64,000 nucleotides of DNA from the human T2T-CHM13v2.0 reference genome, Homo sapiens: NCBI RefSeq assembly GCF_009914755.1, contig NC_060925.1; one strand, written 5' to 3'. The position numbers were made by a program, and so were the translations under genes. This document shows, piece after piece, positions 48,978 to 64,000 of this stretch (position 1 is the first letter of the stretch; the number at the start of each line of letters is the position of its first letter). The notes beneath the pieces are model-generated. The model was not told the origin of the DNA and made no database searches. It was given only the letters and a program-made list of their open reading frames with translations.

Positions 48978-49430
48978 CACTGTAGCATTTCCATTGTACA
49001 GTGGGTTACTGCTGTGCCTGCCTCACATTAGGATTTGGTGGATCTGGTCATAGCCAGCTCACAGAGGGAAACTCAGCCAGCATAGTTGCTTGATGTCTCA
49101 TGGTCAGGCTCTGAGTCTCTGTAGGGTTCAGTAGCATGCCAGCAATTGTTTTTCAAAAGGAGAGTAGTTCTCCACTGCAGAAAATTTTAGAGGTCTGTAC
49201 TGGGACTCTTCTACTGGGGTTTGTTAAAGGCTCCACCCAAGTTCTTTATCTAGCACCATAAATCTTCTCAGTCTCATGGCTAGCAGAGCAGCTCACACTG
49301 CAGCTTGGACCTATGCAGCGTTCTCTTTTGCTTTGTCTCAGAACTGAAAGCTTTCTGAATTGCCTAATAAATAGGTCAGAGTAGCATTCCCAAGTGTGGT
49401 ATATGCTGCTTTGAAATTCAAGGAGAACAA
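48978..49430 (-). mobile_element. ERVL-class pol (RNase H region) remnant
   Basis: Reverse complement of 49131-49172 encodes ENYSPFEKQLLACY, followed by degenerate ..LTM.HQ.TM..E.P...W...DPP...AQQ...W; typical of ERV-L pol. Confidence 0.75.
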
Positions 49431-49439
49431 AGAAGGTGG

Positions 49440-49850
49440 GCATAAAACAACAGAAGGACAGTTTCTCGCAGCTGGGGAGATCAGAAGTCTGAAACCAAGA
49501 TGTTGGCAGGGCTGACACGGGCAATACACGAGGCCCGTGTATTGCCTCTTCCTGCTTCTCTTGGCTCCAGACATTCCTTGGCTTGTGGCTGCATCACTCC
49601 AATCTGCATCTGTGGTCACATGGCCTCCTCCTCTTCCCTATGTGCCTCTGTTCTGTATGTCTCTTATAAGGACATTTGCCATTACATTTAGGACCTGCCT
49701 GCATCATCCAAGATTACCTCCCCATCTTGAGATCCTTAACTGAATTACATCTGCAAAGATCCGTTTTCCAAATAAGGTAATATCCCCATAGGTTCTGGAA
49801 ATTAGGACATGGACATATCTTCGTGGTGGGGTGGGGGGGTGCTTTTTCAT
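49440..49850 (-). mobile_element. MLT1-type MaLR LTR
   Basis: agaagtctgaaaccaagatgttggcagggc...aattacatctgcaaagatcc. Confidence 0.75.
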
Positions 49851-49899
49851 CCTACTGTATGGTAGAGGTGCAAATGCAGCAACTTGTCTTTTTTTCTGA

Positions 49900-50497
<598 letters not shown>

Positions 50498-50862
50498 TGA
50501 GCATTGGCTGCAAACTGCTCACATCTGCCCCCTTCTCTGGAGAATTGCTCTCTGCCAAACAGTAGACATCTCACCATGGAGGTTATGCTCCTTTGGGGGT
50601 GTGGCAAGTCTTGCCAACTGACTTACCTGAGGACACAAAAAGTCTGCTATCTGGAGGGGACAAGTCAGTGCTGTAATTAATGCTCCAAAGGCCCTCATGA
50701 GACCAGAATGAGGCTGGCCTCCAGCCCAGGGATGTCATAGATTAACTTTCTTTCTCTGCTGTGTCCTGCTTCCCTCTTTCCACTTCCCCTGAAAGTCCTC
50801 CCCACAAAAATCCCCACCTCTTGATCTGCTTCTAGGGAAACCTGACCTAAGAGATTCCTTGG

Positions 50863-52610
50863 GTGTATTAGTCTATTCTCACGCTGCTAATAAAGGCATA
50901 CTCGAGACTGGGTAATTTATAAAGGAAAGAGGTTTAATTGACTCACAGTTCCCATGGCAGGGGAGGCCTCACAATCATGGTAGAAGAGCAAGGAATGTCT
51001 TACATGGTGGCAGGCAAGAGAGGATGAGAGCTAAGTTAAAGGGGAAACTCCTTATAAAATCTCGTGAGATTTATTCAATATCACAAGAACAGTATGAGGG
51101 AAACCACCTCCATGATTCAATTAGCTCCCACTGGGTCCCTCCCACAACGTATGGGAATTATGGGAGCTACAATTCAAGATGAGATTTGGGTGAGGATACA
51201 GCCAAAACATATCATTCCCTCCCTAGCCCCTCCCAAATCTTATGTCATCACATTTCAAAATCAATCATGCCATTCCAACAGTCCCTCAAAGTCTTAACTC
51301 ATTTCAGCATGAACTCAAAAGTTCACAGTCCAAAGTCTCATCTGAAACAAGGTAAATCCCTTCTGCCTATGCACCTGTAAAATCAAAAGCAAGTTAGTTA
51401 CTTCCTGGATAAAATGGGGGTACAGGGATTGGGTAAATACAGCTGTTCCAAATGGGAGAAATTGGCCAAAACAAAGGGACTACAGGCCCCATGCAAGTCC
51501 AAAATCCAGTGGGGCAGTCAAATATTAAAGTTCCAAAATGATCTCCTTTGACTCCATGTCTCACATCCAGGTCACACTGATGCAAGAGGTGGGTTCCCAT
51601 GGTCTTGGGCAGCTCTGCCCCTGTGGCTTCATGGGGTAGAGCCTCCCTCCTGGCTAATTTCACAGGCTGGCGTTGAGTATCTATGGCTTTTCCAGATGCA
51701 CAGTGCAACCTGTTGGTGGGTCTACCATTCTGAGGTCTGGAGGATGATGGCCCTTTCTCACAGCTCCACTAGGCAGCACCCCAGTGGGGACTCTATGTGG
51801 GGGCTTCAACCCCACATTTCTTTTCTGCACTGCCCTAGCAGAGGTTCTCCATGAGGGCCTCACCCCTGCAGCAAACTTCTGCCTAGACATCCAGTTACAT
51901 CCTCTGAAATCTAAGCAGAGGTTCCCAAACCTCAATTCTTGACTTCTGTGCACCCACAGGCACAATACCACATGGAAGCTGCCAAGGCTTGGGGCTTCCA
52001 CCTCTGAAGCCACAGCCTGAGCTGTACCTTGGCCCCTTTTAGATATGACTAGAGCAACTGGGATGCAGGGCACCAAGTCCCTAGGCTGCACAGAGCAGTG
52101 GGGCTCTGGACCCCAGCCCATGAAGCCATTTTGTCCTTCTAAGCCTCTGGGCCTGTGATGGGAGGGGCTGCCACAAAGTCTCTGTTATGCCCTGGAGACA
52201 TTTTCCCCATTGTCTTGGCGATTAACATTTGGCTCCTCATTACTTATGCAAATTTCTGCAGCAGGCTTGAATTTCTCCTCAGAATATGGATTTTTCTTAT
52301 CTATTGCATCATCAGGCTGCAACTTTTCCAAACTTTTATGCTCTGCTTCCCCATTAAACATAAGTTCCAACTCCAAACCATATCTTTGTGAATGAATAAA
52401 ACTGAATGCTTTTAACAGTACCCAAGTCACCTCTTGAACACTTTGCTGCCTAGAAATTTCTCCCACCAGATGCCCTAAATCATCTCTCTCAAGTTCAAAA
52501 TGCCACCAGTCTCTTTGGTAAAACATAGCAACAGTCACCTTTGCTCTTCCTTTGTCTTCTGCCATGACTGTGAGGCCTCCCCAGCCATGTGGAACAGAGA
52601 GTCAATTAAA
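50863..52610 (-). mobile_element. THE1 MaLR: LTR ~50863-51213, internal ~51214-52545, then an inverted LTR fragment
   Basis: tgtattagtctattctcacgctgctaataaag...gatgagatttgggtgaggatacagccaaaacatatca; ORF 52185..52565(-) (FELERDDLGHLVGEISRQQSVQEVTWVLLKAFSF) resembles the THE1 internal ORF remnant. Confidence 0.88.
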
Positions 52611-54314
52611 TGATACCATGATGGAGGATGGAGTGAGGGAGTCCTGAGGCTGGACCATGAAGGTGCTCTGCTGTCCCTGCCATGTAAACTGCTCTAGTGC
52701 CTCTCTGCTGTTGGATATCAGGAAGAAAGGATTTACCAAATTGGTAGCTGCATACCAAATTCCAGAGACAGTGTTGATCTGCTGTAGTCAAGATGCCACA
52801 ACTGGTACAGTGGGTGAAACTGGACTATGCCTGGCTATGTTTATGTAGTCCACAGTCAGCTCCTCTGAGAGACCTTCCCTGACCATCTTATCTAATGATG
52901 CCTTCCAACTCCCAGTCTTCCTCCATCATATTCTCCTGTTTTATTTTTTTGTGTACTGATTACTGTCTGTAGCCATGTGATCTATTTATTCGTTTATGGC
53001 CTTTCTCCCCAATTAGGGTGTAGGCTCCAGGGGAATAAGGACATTGTGTGACTTGTTTGCAGCTGCATCCCAAGCACCCGCCACTGTAGTAGATGCCTAA
53101 CCAATGTGTGTTGAATGAATAAAAGAGCAGGCCAATGTTCTTTTGCTCAAAGTAGAGGGGAAGAAATAGGGTTTTCTGTGGAGATTCCAAGGCAGAGGCC
53201 ATTTCTGGGGGTCACTGGAGTGGGAGAAGGCAGGTCAAGGTGGGTTGTCTTCCAGGCAGTGCAAACCCCCTGGCCTCTGCCAGCTGCTCACTGGCCAGTC
53301 TGCTTGTTGGGTCTGGCACAGGCCTCAAGGAAACATAACATTTTTAATAAAACCTCAGAGTCAATAAAGGCGAATGGTCCTGGGTGCCTCTCCTGCCGGC
53401 CCCAGCTGTTGACTTTAGAAGTCAAGAGAGTGGGGCGTTGCCCAATTCTCATGTAGTACAGGGAGATATAAGCTGGAAGGGCCTAGCCCATTTTATATGA
53501 AAACAAAACAAAACAAAACAAAACTCACCAGGCCCTGGAAAGAGTCCACCACCAGCCAGAATCAAAGGTCCATTCAGAGCGACAGAGCTCCTCACATTCG
53601 CCGCTAATGAAAACCAAATTTCTCATCCCTCTGAGCATTTCCAGGGGCTACAAATGGAAGGGGCTGCAGAGTCTTTGGCCACCGCTCCCACCACCGAAGG
53701 GGCCCCACTGTGTTAAAATAGTTTTATTATAATATAGGCCTTGTATTTTCCTAATTTCAGGCGTCAGTGATTTAGGACGGAGTTGTTTTCATGGAAAAAG
53801 AAATAGAACCTGTTTGTGGCGGGGCAAGACTGATGCCTGGGCAGATATTCCCACTGTGGGCATATTTGGGTAGGGGGGTGAGCCTGCCATGAAGAGGCTC
53901 GGACCTAGCTCCGGGGAGGCCTCGTTCATGAAGTTCCCCGCCTTGGGCGGGGAAGAATGGGCTGGGGGTTTCCAGACAGATTCAGAGACAGTCACAGTGA
54001 CTTCTGTTTTTTGATTTCATGCTTTGTGAAATCTTAGAATCACAACTCAGAAAGGTAGAGGCATCCCTCTCAGACGCAGAGAAAGGGCCTCTGTTTTTTT
54101 AAAAAGACATTTTCTCATTTCTTTTTCTTTTTTTCCTCCCCCTTGATCAATCTTTATAAGCAAGTATGTGTAGAAATGTCATATTTTTTTTTTCTTAAAG
54201 TCAACTTGATTCTTACTTTGAGCCTCCAATACTTTTAGTTGGTAGGAAACTTAATATTTTCAGCGACTGCTCTGCCTTCGTCAGGATCAGGTGGAATTCT
54301 GTCCTTGTTTCTCA

Positions 54315-54616
54315 GTTTTGTTTTGTTTTGTTTTCAGATGGAATCTCACTCTGTTGTCCAGGCTGGAGTGCAGTGGCACAAACTCAGCTCACTGCAACCT
54401 CTGCCTCCTGGATTCAAGTGATTCTCCTGCCTCAGCCTCTTGAGTAGCTGGGATTACAGGCATGTGCCACCATGCCTGGCTAATTTTTGTATTTTTAGTA
54501 GAGATGGGGTTTCACTATGTTGGCCAGGCTGGTCTCGAACTCCTGACCTCAGGTGATCCTCCTGCCTCAGCCTCCCAAAGTGCTGGGATTACAGGCAGGA
54601 GCTACCGCACCCAACC
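54315..54616 (-). mobile_element. AluS (MIR follows at ~54620-54750)
   Basis: Alu consensus; flanking repeat tgtttctcagtttt. Confidence 0.92.
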
Positions 54617-55275
54617 TGTTTCTCAGTTTTTTTTCATCTGTAAGATGGGGAGAATGATAATACATACCTCAATGGGCTGGGTTAAAAAATGGTGAAATAT
54701 TTAGAATAGTGCCTGGCACAGAGTAAGTATTAACTATTATTATTATTATTTTTATTATTCCAGAGATAAAGAGAAGGCATCAAACCTAGTATGAGGGTAT
54801 CAGGGAAGGCTACCTGGAAGAGGTGGTGTTTCAGCTAATGACAGATGAGGTAGTCCTTGCATGATTTTGAACTCCTCTGCTTGGACATTTATGTCTAGAA
54901 TTTGATATGCTATACCCTGAACAAGTGTGCTAATTTTAGAAAACTGTAAAGAAGAAAACAGAAAACAGCCATAATCCCATCTTTGCATTGATTTCATTCT
55001 GGATTAATTTTATCTCTATTTTTAACTATATTAATTGATAACCTGTATACGCAGTGTGTGTCTGGCTAGAAAAATGTTTATTTCTAAAAAGTATTTATAT
55101 ATTTATAGGAAATAAAGATCTGAATGGGGGAGAAAAGCCTAAAAATATTAACAGTGGTTATCTTTGGAGGGGGGGATTATGGCTCATTTTTCTCGTGTGT
55201 TTGTTGGTAATCCGGACTGTCTACTTTCCCTCTCATGATTATATATTAGTTTGTGTCATTTAAAAATGTCATTTA

Positions 55276-55550
55276 GTCTGGGCATGGTGGCTCATCCTGT
55301 AATCCCGACACTTTGGGAGGCCAAGGTGGAAGGTTTGCTTGAGGCCAAGAGTTTGAGGCCAGCCTGGGAAACGTAACGAGGCCCTGCCTCTAAAAAAAAA
55401 ATTAGCCAGGTGTGGTGGTGCACACCTGTAGTTCTAGCTCCTTGAGAGGCCAAGGCAGGAGGGAGGATCACTTGAGCCCAGGAGTTGGAGGCTGCAATGC
55501 ACTCCAGTCTGGGTGACAGAGTGAGACCCTGTCTAAAAATAAAAACTAAA
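55276..55550 (+). mobile_element. AluJ
   Basis: Alu consensus. Confidence 0.88.
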
Positions 55551-58500
55551 AATATTACTTAAAATGTAATATATAGAACTCAGGAACCGCAGATGGAGAG
55601 TCTCATAATCTTTATATTTTCAGACCATGAAGGAGAGTGGGGTAGCTTGGCCGGACTCTGAGCGTCCTGGACCCACAAGTCTGAGAGGAGAGGCTGCATG
55701 TGGCCTCTGGTATGGTCACATGGTTCTATAAGGAAACTGAGGCAGGACATAAGGCTTCACTTGTGAAGTGGTGGAGAGGGAGGGGGCAATTGCCAACTGG
55801 GTGATAATAAAGACTATTGTTAAGACCTTGCCCCCAGTGGCACATGAAATGCCACTAACCCTGAGAGATTGAGAGACATTCAAACCTGAGGTTTGGGGCA
55901 TGGTGCCCTTCCTGTGACTTTGGTGCTAATGATGTCTAAGATACCTCTTAGCTCCTCCCTCTGTCATTCTGCACAGGCTTCTCCTTTGCCTGGACTATTT
56001 TAGTAGCCTGTGAACAGGTCTCTGGACCCTCATCCCCAGTCCGCACCATGATGGTGCTCCCATCCAACACATACATCTCCGCTTGGCTCCCCCGTGCCAC
56101 TGACCCCTGACATGGATCCTCTCCCACCTCCCATCACCATTGCGCCACTTGCCCCACCATCCTCCCAGCTCAGCGACACCTGGTTCTCCAGGCCTTTGCA
56201 CATGGGATTCCCTCCTGCCACATCTCTGCTTGATCCATTCCTACTCATCTTTCCATCTGATCTCGGGGGAGAGACATTTTCTCTGAGGAGCTTGGCTTGT
56301 TTGCCCTGATCCACACTGGGCTGGCACAACCTGCTTTCCTGTCTGTCTGCCCTGTGAGATCCCTGAGGCCATGGCTGTGACTTGTTCACCTTGTTCTTGG
56401 TGTCTGGCACCTGAGGGTGGGGTGGGGCTCTGTGTCTGGTGAATGAGTGAATGAATTCTGGCCAAGGCCTCAAAGACACCCAGCCCAATGAGCTGAGTGG
56501 GGTGGTGTGGCCCAAATGGTGTGTTTGGACACCAGAGAGCCCACATTGCTGCCAGCCGTCAGGGTGGGCACAAAGGAGGGTAGTCCAGGCCGGCTCCAGG
56601 GCTGCCGCACTCCCCTTCCCATGATAGGTCCCCTGGGCCAGGCCCAGGGCAGGCCCTTTCTGTGGGTGAATATAAATATATAAAACACACAGCGCACTCT
56701 TAGCTGCAAAACTAAAAATAGGAAGCGCGGGATCCGGCTCCCCAGGCTTCCCCAGCCACTGGACCACACAGGTGTGGCTGCGGATGTCGGGGCGATGTGG
56801 CCCCTCACCCCTCCCAGCTCTGGAGCCCTCATGGGGAGGAATGAGGGGCATTTTGGATTTCTGCCAGGAACAGTTCATTCTTTCACTCTGGCCTCCCTCC
56901 TGCCCCCGTCCCATTTGACAGCTCATTTCATTTACGACCCCAAAATGAACCGACCCACTGAGGTGTATTCTCTACTCACGTGGCCAGGCTGGGTTGTTTG
57001 GTGCAGCTGAGAGCTGCCCTCTGGGCCATGCTGGGGGGCTGCATTTATGCGGGGGTGCAGTCTGGAGCAGAGGAGAGGCCGGGGCTGAGGAGGGAGGCAG
57101 GGCTGGGTCTGCATCCAGCCCTGCCCTCCCCTACCCACGGCACTGGCCCCACCCCGCGCCATCTCCTCAAGCCCTCACCAGGCCCTAACGTGGGAATGTG
57201 TCATCTCTGGCCTGTAGCCTCACTGCCAGGACATCCATTGCTCAGTGTAAAAGCCAAAGCCATCCCCATGGCCACAGCCCAACAGTGGCAGGGCTGCTCC
57301 TAGGGGCCGGCAAGGCGGGTCCATCTGGGCCACTTCACCCCACAGGAGGCCACTTCTGGGAGCCCCCAGGCCACAGCCGGCTCTCTGGGTCCATCATTGG
57401 GCCCATCTGGGCCAACCTCAAGCTGTGGGGGCTGAAGAAACTGGAGGGACTCAAAGTCCAGCCCAGATCAACAGGACTCCTAGAGCCTCCAAAGCGGAAT
57501 TCTGGAGTCCAGGGGCTCCCAGGCTGTGGAACTAAATGGCTTCCTCAATCTGAACTGGCTTCTACATGACCTAAGCTCTTGCTGGTGGCTCAGGGGACAT
57601 GGGTGGGGCTGGGCCCAGGGTCCAGGAGGCCAGGGTTGTAAAACTATGAAAGTCAACCCTGCCTTCAAGCCAGGTACACCCTGTCCCAAAGCAGACGATT
57701 ATGGGGTGTGGGGTCCTACTCCACACCTGGCACACGGCCGGTGCTCATTCAGCGTATGACCAAAAAGGGAGACTCAGAGAGGGACAGGGACCTCCCACTG
57801 CCACACGGCTCGGGAAGGGAAAACCTTCCCCACATCAAGACCTTTAGCTGGCCCTTTCGGGAATGAGTCACCTGAGGTTGGGAAGTTCTTCTTAATACCT
57901 TACCTGAATTCTTGCTGTAACCAAGGCAGCCTCTCCTCACCCTTGTCCAAAGGGGATGATGTCCACTCTCTCCACCTGCTGCCCAGGGATGCCGCCCCCT
58001 ATTGCCACCTGCAGGCTGCTGTGGCTACTGCAGCACTTCCTCCCGCAGCCCTGGGACCTCAGGCAAGCTGAGACTTCTCGGGACCTTGAGTTTCCCCTTG
58101 GCAAGCTGGGTGTGCTGGTTCGTGCCTGCTAGGGTGCAGGTGATGGAGATTTGAGTCAGGAACTCTGGAGGGCACAGCTCCTCTCCGATCTGCTGTGGCA
58201 CCAAAGTGTGCCTGGTGAGGAGTGCTACCATCCCCTACAAAGTGACCCCAAATAAATAGAAACAGTTTTGGCCATGTAGATGCCGTTTCAGGACCAACCC
58301 TGGCAGAGGCTGCCCAGAGCAGACCAACAGAGAAGTTCTGTAGCCACGGCTGAGGTCCTGTCCAGAGATGGACCTGCTGTCTTTTGGGTAAAAGGGGATG
58401 CCGGGCTAGGGAAATGGAAGCTTCTTGTTGGGAGCTGAGTTTCAGGCAGACCAACCAAACTGAGCAGGGCAAAGCTTTGGGAGTGGTTTTTGAAGTCGGT

Positions 58501-59231
58501 GGGCATCACTCAAAAATAAGGTCTGTTTTGTAAAAATTTCCCTTCACAAATCCCAACTGGCCAGGCTCTGGGCTGTGTGTTGGTACAAATCCCAAGTGGA
58601 CCAGGCCTCCTTGCTGGCAAGGTGGGAGGGGGGCTGTCAAGCCAGGTCCCCACACCATCACACCCATGCTACCATTGTTGGGCTGTGGTCCCAGTTCAGC
58701 CATGGACAACCCCAGGGAGACATGGACCTTGATGACACTCCTTCTTTGCACCGCAGTTGTCTCATCTGCAAAATGGGGGCACTGAAGTTGCCGCTTACTC
58801 CCAATCCCCACTGCTGCTAGCTTGCCACAGATCTTGAAACACGAGCCTCAGAGGGGGGTTCTCACCAAGGCACTTGGACTCTCCCTCTGCCTCTGCCCCC
58901 TCCCGAAATGTGAATCTGAGGAACAGGCATAGGAATTCCTCCCAACACGGCTGGGAAGACTCACAGCCCGCTCATGATTGGTGGAAGGGTTGTGGCACTT
59001 TGAAGACCTATTTGATGCTCTCCTGGGGTCCCAGCCATACAGGAGCAGGCCTCACCGGCTGTCCTGTGGCCAGGGTGGTCTCTGCGGCCATTCCTGAAGA
59101 AGTTGGAAGCAAGGAGATGAAGGTGCTGGGTGTCTCTGTTCCTGTTCCTCCTGGGCAACAGCAGGAGGTCTCCATCCTCTCCCCCACCCCACCCCACCTC
59201 CATGCATAGCCCTAGAAACCGGGCACTGGAC

Positions 59232-61842
59232 TCCTTCCACACATCTCAGAGTTATATTATTGTAACAAATCAGTCAAAATTCCATTTTACAGTTAAATAG
59301 TACAGAAGACAGTTTACTGTACAAGCAAGTTGTGCGTTAAAAACAAACACCAAGCAAACGATAGTGCAAAGCAGTTTCCACCCAGCTCCATCCTCTCGCC
59401 AGCTCTGGGATGGTTTTACATCAGATGAGTGCAGCAGGTGTCACACCTCAGCATGACAATATGTCACAAAAGATTGGTACCCACTACTGACAGGCTCACA
59501 GTAACACTATATCAAAACGTCTTCCTTTCCTCGTGCTTCCTACATCAGTGTGTTTGCCTAGTACAACTTTAACGCAGCCTTGTAAATAAGGACCTACTTT
59601 TACCAGCCCAGGCTGTCTGTACCCACTTTGGGCCTTACAGACTCAGTACGGCTGCCGTCACTTTTTGTCAGGGGATGGGGGATGGGGTAGGAAGAGCAAT
59701 TTATTTACTATCCCTGCCTCTCCAGGATCAGGAAGGGTTAGTAATCTGGGATGAGACTACAAAGTGCTGGGCACTGGGAACCCAAAGGTGCCTCCCACGC
59801 TGACCTGGGACCAGCTATAACCAGAGAACAGGAGGGAAGAAACTACAAGGACAATGGATTCATAGCTGCTTCCTAAGAAGGCATGGAGAGGCCCCTTGGG
59901 TGCAGGGAGTCAGCAACTATTTTGAGGAGATGGAGACTGTTTTTCCAGTGAGGACAGGCCAAGAGAAACCGCAGCAGGAGGGAATGGAATAGGATCACCA
60001 GAAGGACTGCCTAACCTGCCAGTGTGTCTCTGGTGTATGGTTCTGGCCGTTGTGACAGGTTGGGTGGGGACAGTGCTCTCACAGAGACAACCAATGAAGA
60101 GCATTTTGTAGGGCAGATTTCTGCATCCACAGAGGCCGAGGCAGAAAGTTAAAATACCGCATGCTGCTAGCCTTTATGAGTTCCCTTACGCCTTTTCTAA
60201 GCCTTTCTAGGGCCAGAGAACTCTGATGTGAGAATCCATGCAGCCTGGCCCTTGGGCAAGCGCCCACTTTCCCATTTTGCAAAATTCAGGGGCAAGACTT
60301 CACCTCGGAACGCAGTGCAGCTGAGCTGCGGCTGGAGAGCCCTTTACAGTGCTTCTGTCCTGCCACGCACAGCCAGTACTCCCCACCTCTCACATCCTGC
60401 CCACCTCCGCCCAGCCTCCTGGACAGATGTCCTAGAGCCACAGAGGAGAGATGCCCAGCGTCTCATCAGCGTTTCCCTCGTCCTCCCAGGGGAGCCTGTG
60501 GTGCAGGCTGGTGGGATGCTGCCTGATGGGGAGTGTAGCCCCTTGAGAAAGTATTGAGACCCTAATAACCCCACACCCTCAGGAGGCAGCTGGGGGTCCG
60601 CGGGGGGGAGAGGGGGCGGGGATGTTGCTTATAATCACAGAGCTATCATAATCACGGAACTATACCTGTAAGAGACCTTGTGTTTGAAAACGTTAGATTA
60701 AGCTTCTTTTTCTAAAATCAGTTTTAAAAACTGTTTTGTTTTTTTTTTGTTTTTTTGTTTTTTTTTTTTTTTTGCTCAGGACTATTTGCTTTCAGAGCAC
60801 AAAACAGGTTACAGACAGGTGTGTGCCAGGAGTCGCAAGATTTGGCTGGATCCTCCCAGGAGGCTTGGGGGATGGGGCACAGCTTGGCTGGACCCAGGGG
60901 GGACAGGGACATTGATGTCTGACCCAAAATGATCCCTCACCTCAATGCCTTCTGCTAGGACCTATCTATCTGGCCCTCCTGTTCTCTCCACAAATGGAAT
61001 TATGAGACCACCTAGGGGAAAGGGGACCTCCTATCCCCCCTCCCCCGCCCTGCCAAGAGAACAGAGAGTGGATGCGTTGAGCTGGTAAAGTGCATGGAGG
61101 AGCCGGTCTGTAGGTGCTTTCCTGGGTTTAAGAACCTGATGCCATAGACTCATCTTCTCTGGGGCCTGGGACCCGTGCGGCTGGGGGAAAGCCAACAGTT
61201 AGGAACGGAGGGGAAGCTGGGCTGGGGGGACTGGCTTGGATGTGTTCTCAAACCATCTCTGCCAGCAGCGTGCTGGGTCCTGCCCCATCTGTACAATGAG
61301 GGGAACCCCGCTCGAGGGTGGTGGGGGTGGGGGACACTTTCCAGTTCTGACTCAAATCTGTGTAAATGCAGAGGGGGCTGGACCCAGGGGATGCAGGGGC
61401 TCCAACGAAGGTGCAGGGGTCGGGAGGTTTCCCAGGGCCTGAGGCTTATCCTGTGGGCCAATGCTGCCTCTCTCTGGAAGAGAGATGGCCTCTGTCCCAG
61501 GAGACATGGGTCCCATGCAGCACTGGGCATAGCTGGAGACAGTGAGGTCCTTCCGGGGGGGTGGCAGGAGGCTGATTCCCCACAGAAGTATGGGATGAGA
61601 CGGCCAGGATCTGGGCCGGGGGCAGTATCCCGGGCCGGGGTGGGGGTGGTAACCTATGCCTCTGTACAAGGATGTGGCTGCACAGATGCAGCCAGAGGCT
61701 CCCACCAGCTGGGACCACCCTGGGACCGAGACCACCCTGGAGCGCAGGTCCCATTCCCGCCCGGAGCCTCGGAGCCGGCCCATCACTGGTCTTGAAGGTT
61801 GTTAGGGTCCCCGCCTCCAGCGGGAGGAGTCCACCAGGGCGG
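59232..61842 (-). other. RUNX3: RUNX3 3' UTR
   Basis: Non-repetitive sequence after the RUNX3 stop, with a U/UGUA-rich distal end and a variant hexamer AATATA (59253-59258, - strand). The end position is inferred. Confidence 0.75.

Positions 61843-64000
<2,158 letters not shown>

Noticed and set aside
56030-56926. Longest ORF in the track (298 aa, - strand)
   Set aside because: Crosses an L2-like fragment, has no recognisable family or domain, and is plausible by chance in GC-rich DNA.

Overview
Human (or near-human primate) genomic DNA from the CLIC4-RUNX3 interval, recognised from the translated exons. The left end holds the last coding exon of CLIC4 (+, 447-611) and its ~3.4 kb AU-rich 3' UTR. 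The right end holds the last coding exon of RUNX3 (-, 61843-62387; PPPY and terminal VWRPY motifs), its ~2.6 kb 3' UTR and part of the preceding intron. The two genes are convergent. The ~55 kb between them is mostly repeats: about 30 Alus/Alu monomers, old L1s, one truncated L1PA, MIR/L2, MaLR LTRs (including a two-LTR MST provirus with its target-site duplication (TSD) and a rearranged THE1), an ERVL pol remnant, DNA-transposon relics and simple repeats. Unique sequence includes an orphan CpG island (~7.6-8.6 kb), a strong G-quadruplex run, and two compact TF-motif clusters that may be RUNX3 downstream enhancers. Nearly all other ORFs in the supplied track are spurious (Alu, L1, LTR or GC-rich). 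I found no convincing new protein-coding gene or novel biological system; the findings are candidate regulatory elements and unusual repeat rearrangements. Repeat boundaries and subfamilies were called by eye and are approximate (about +/-20-50 bp).
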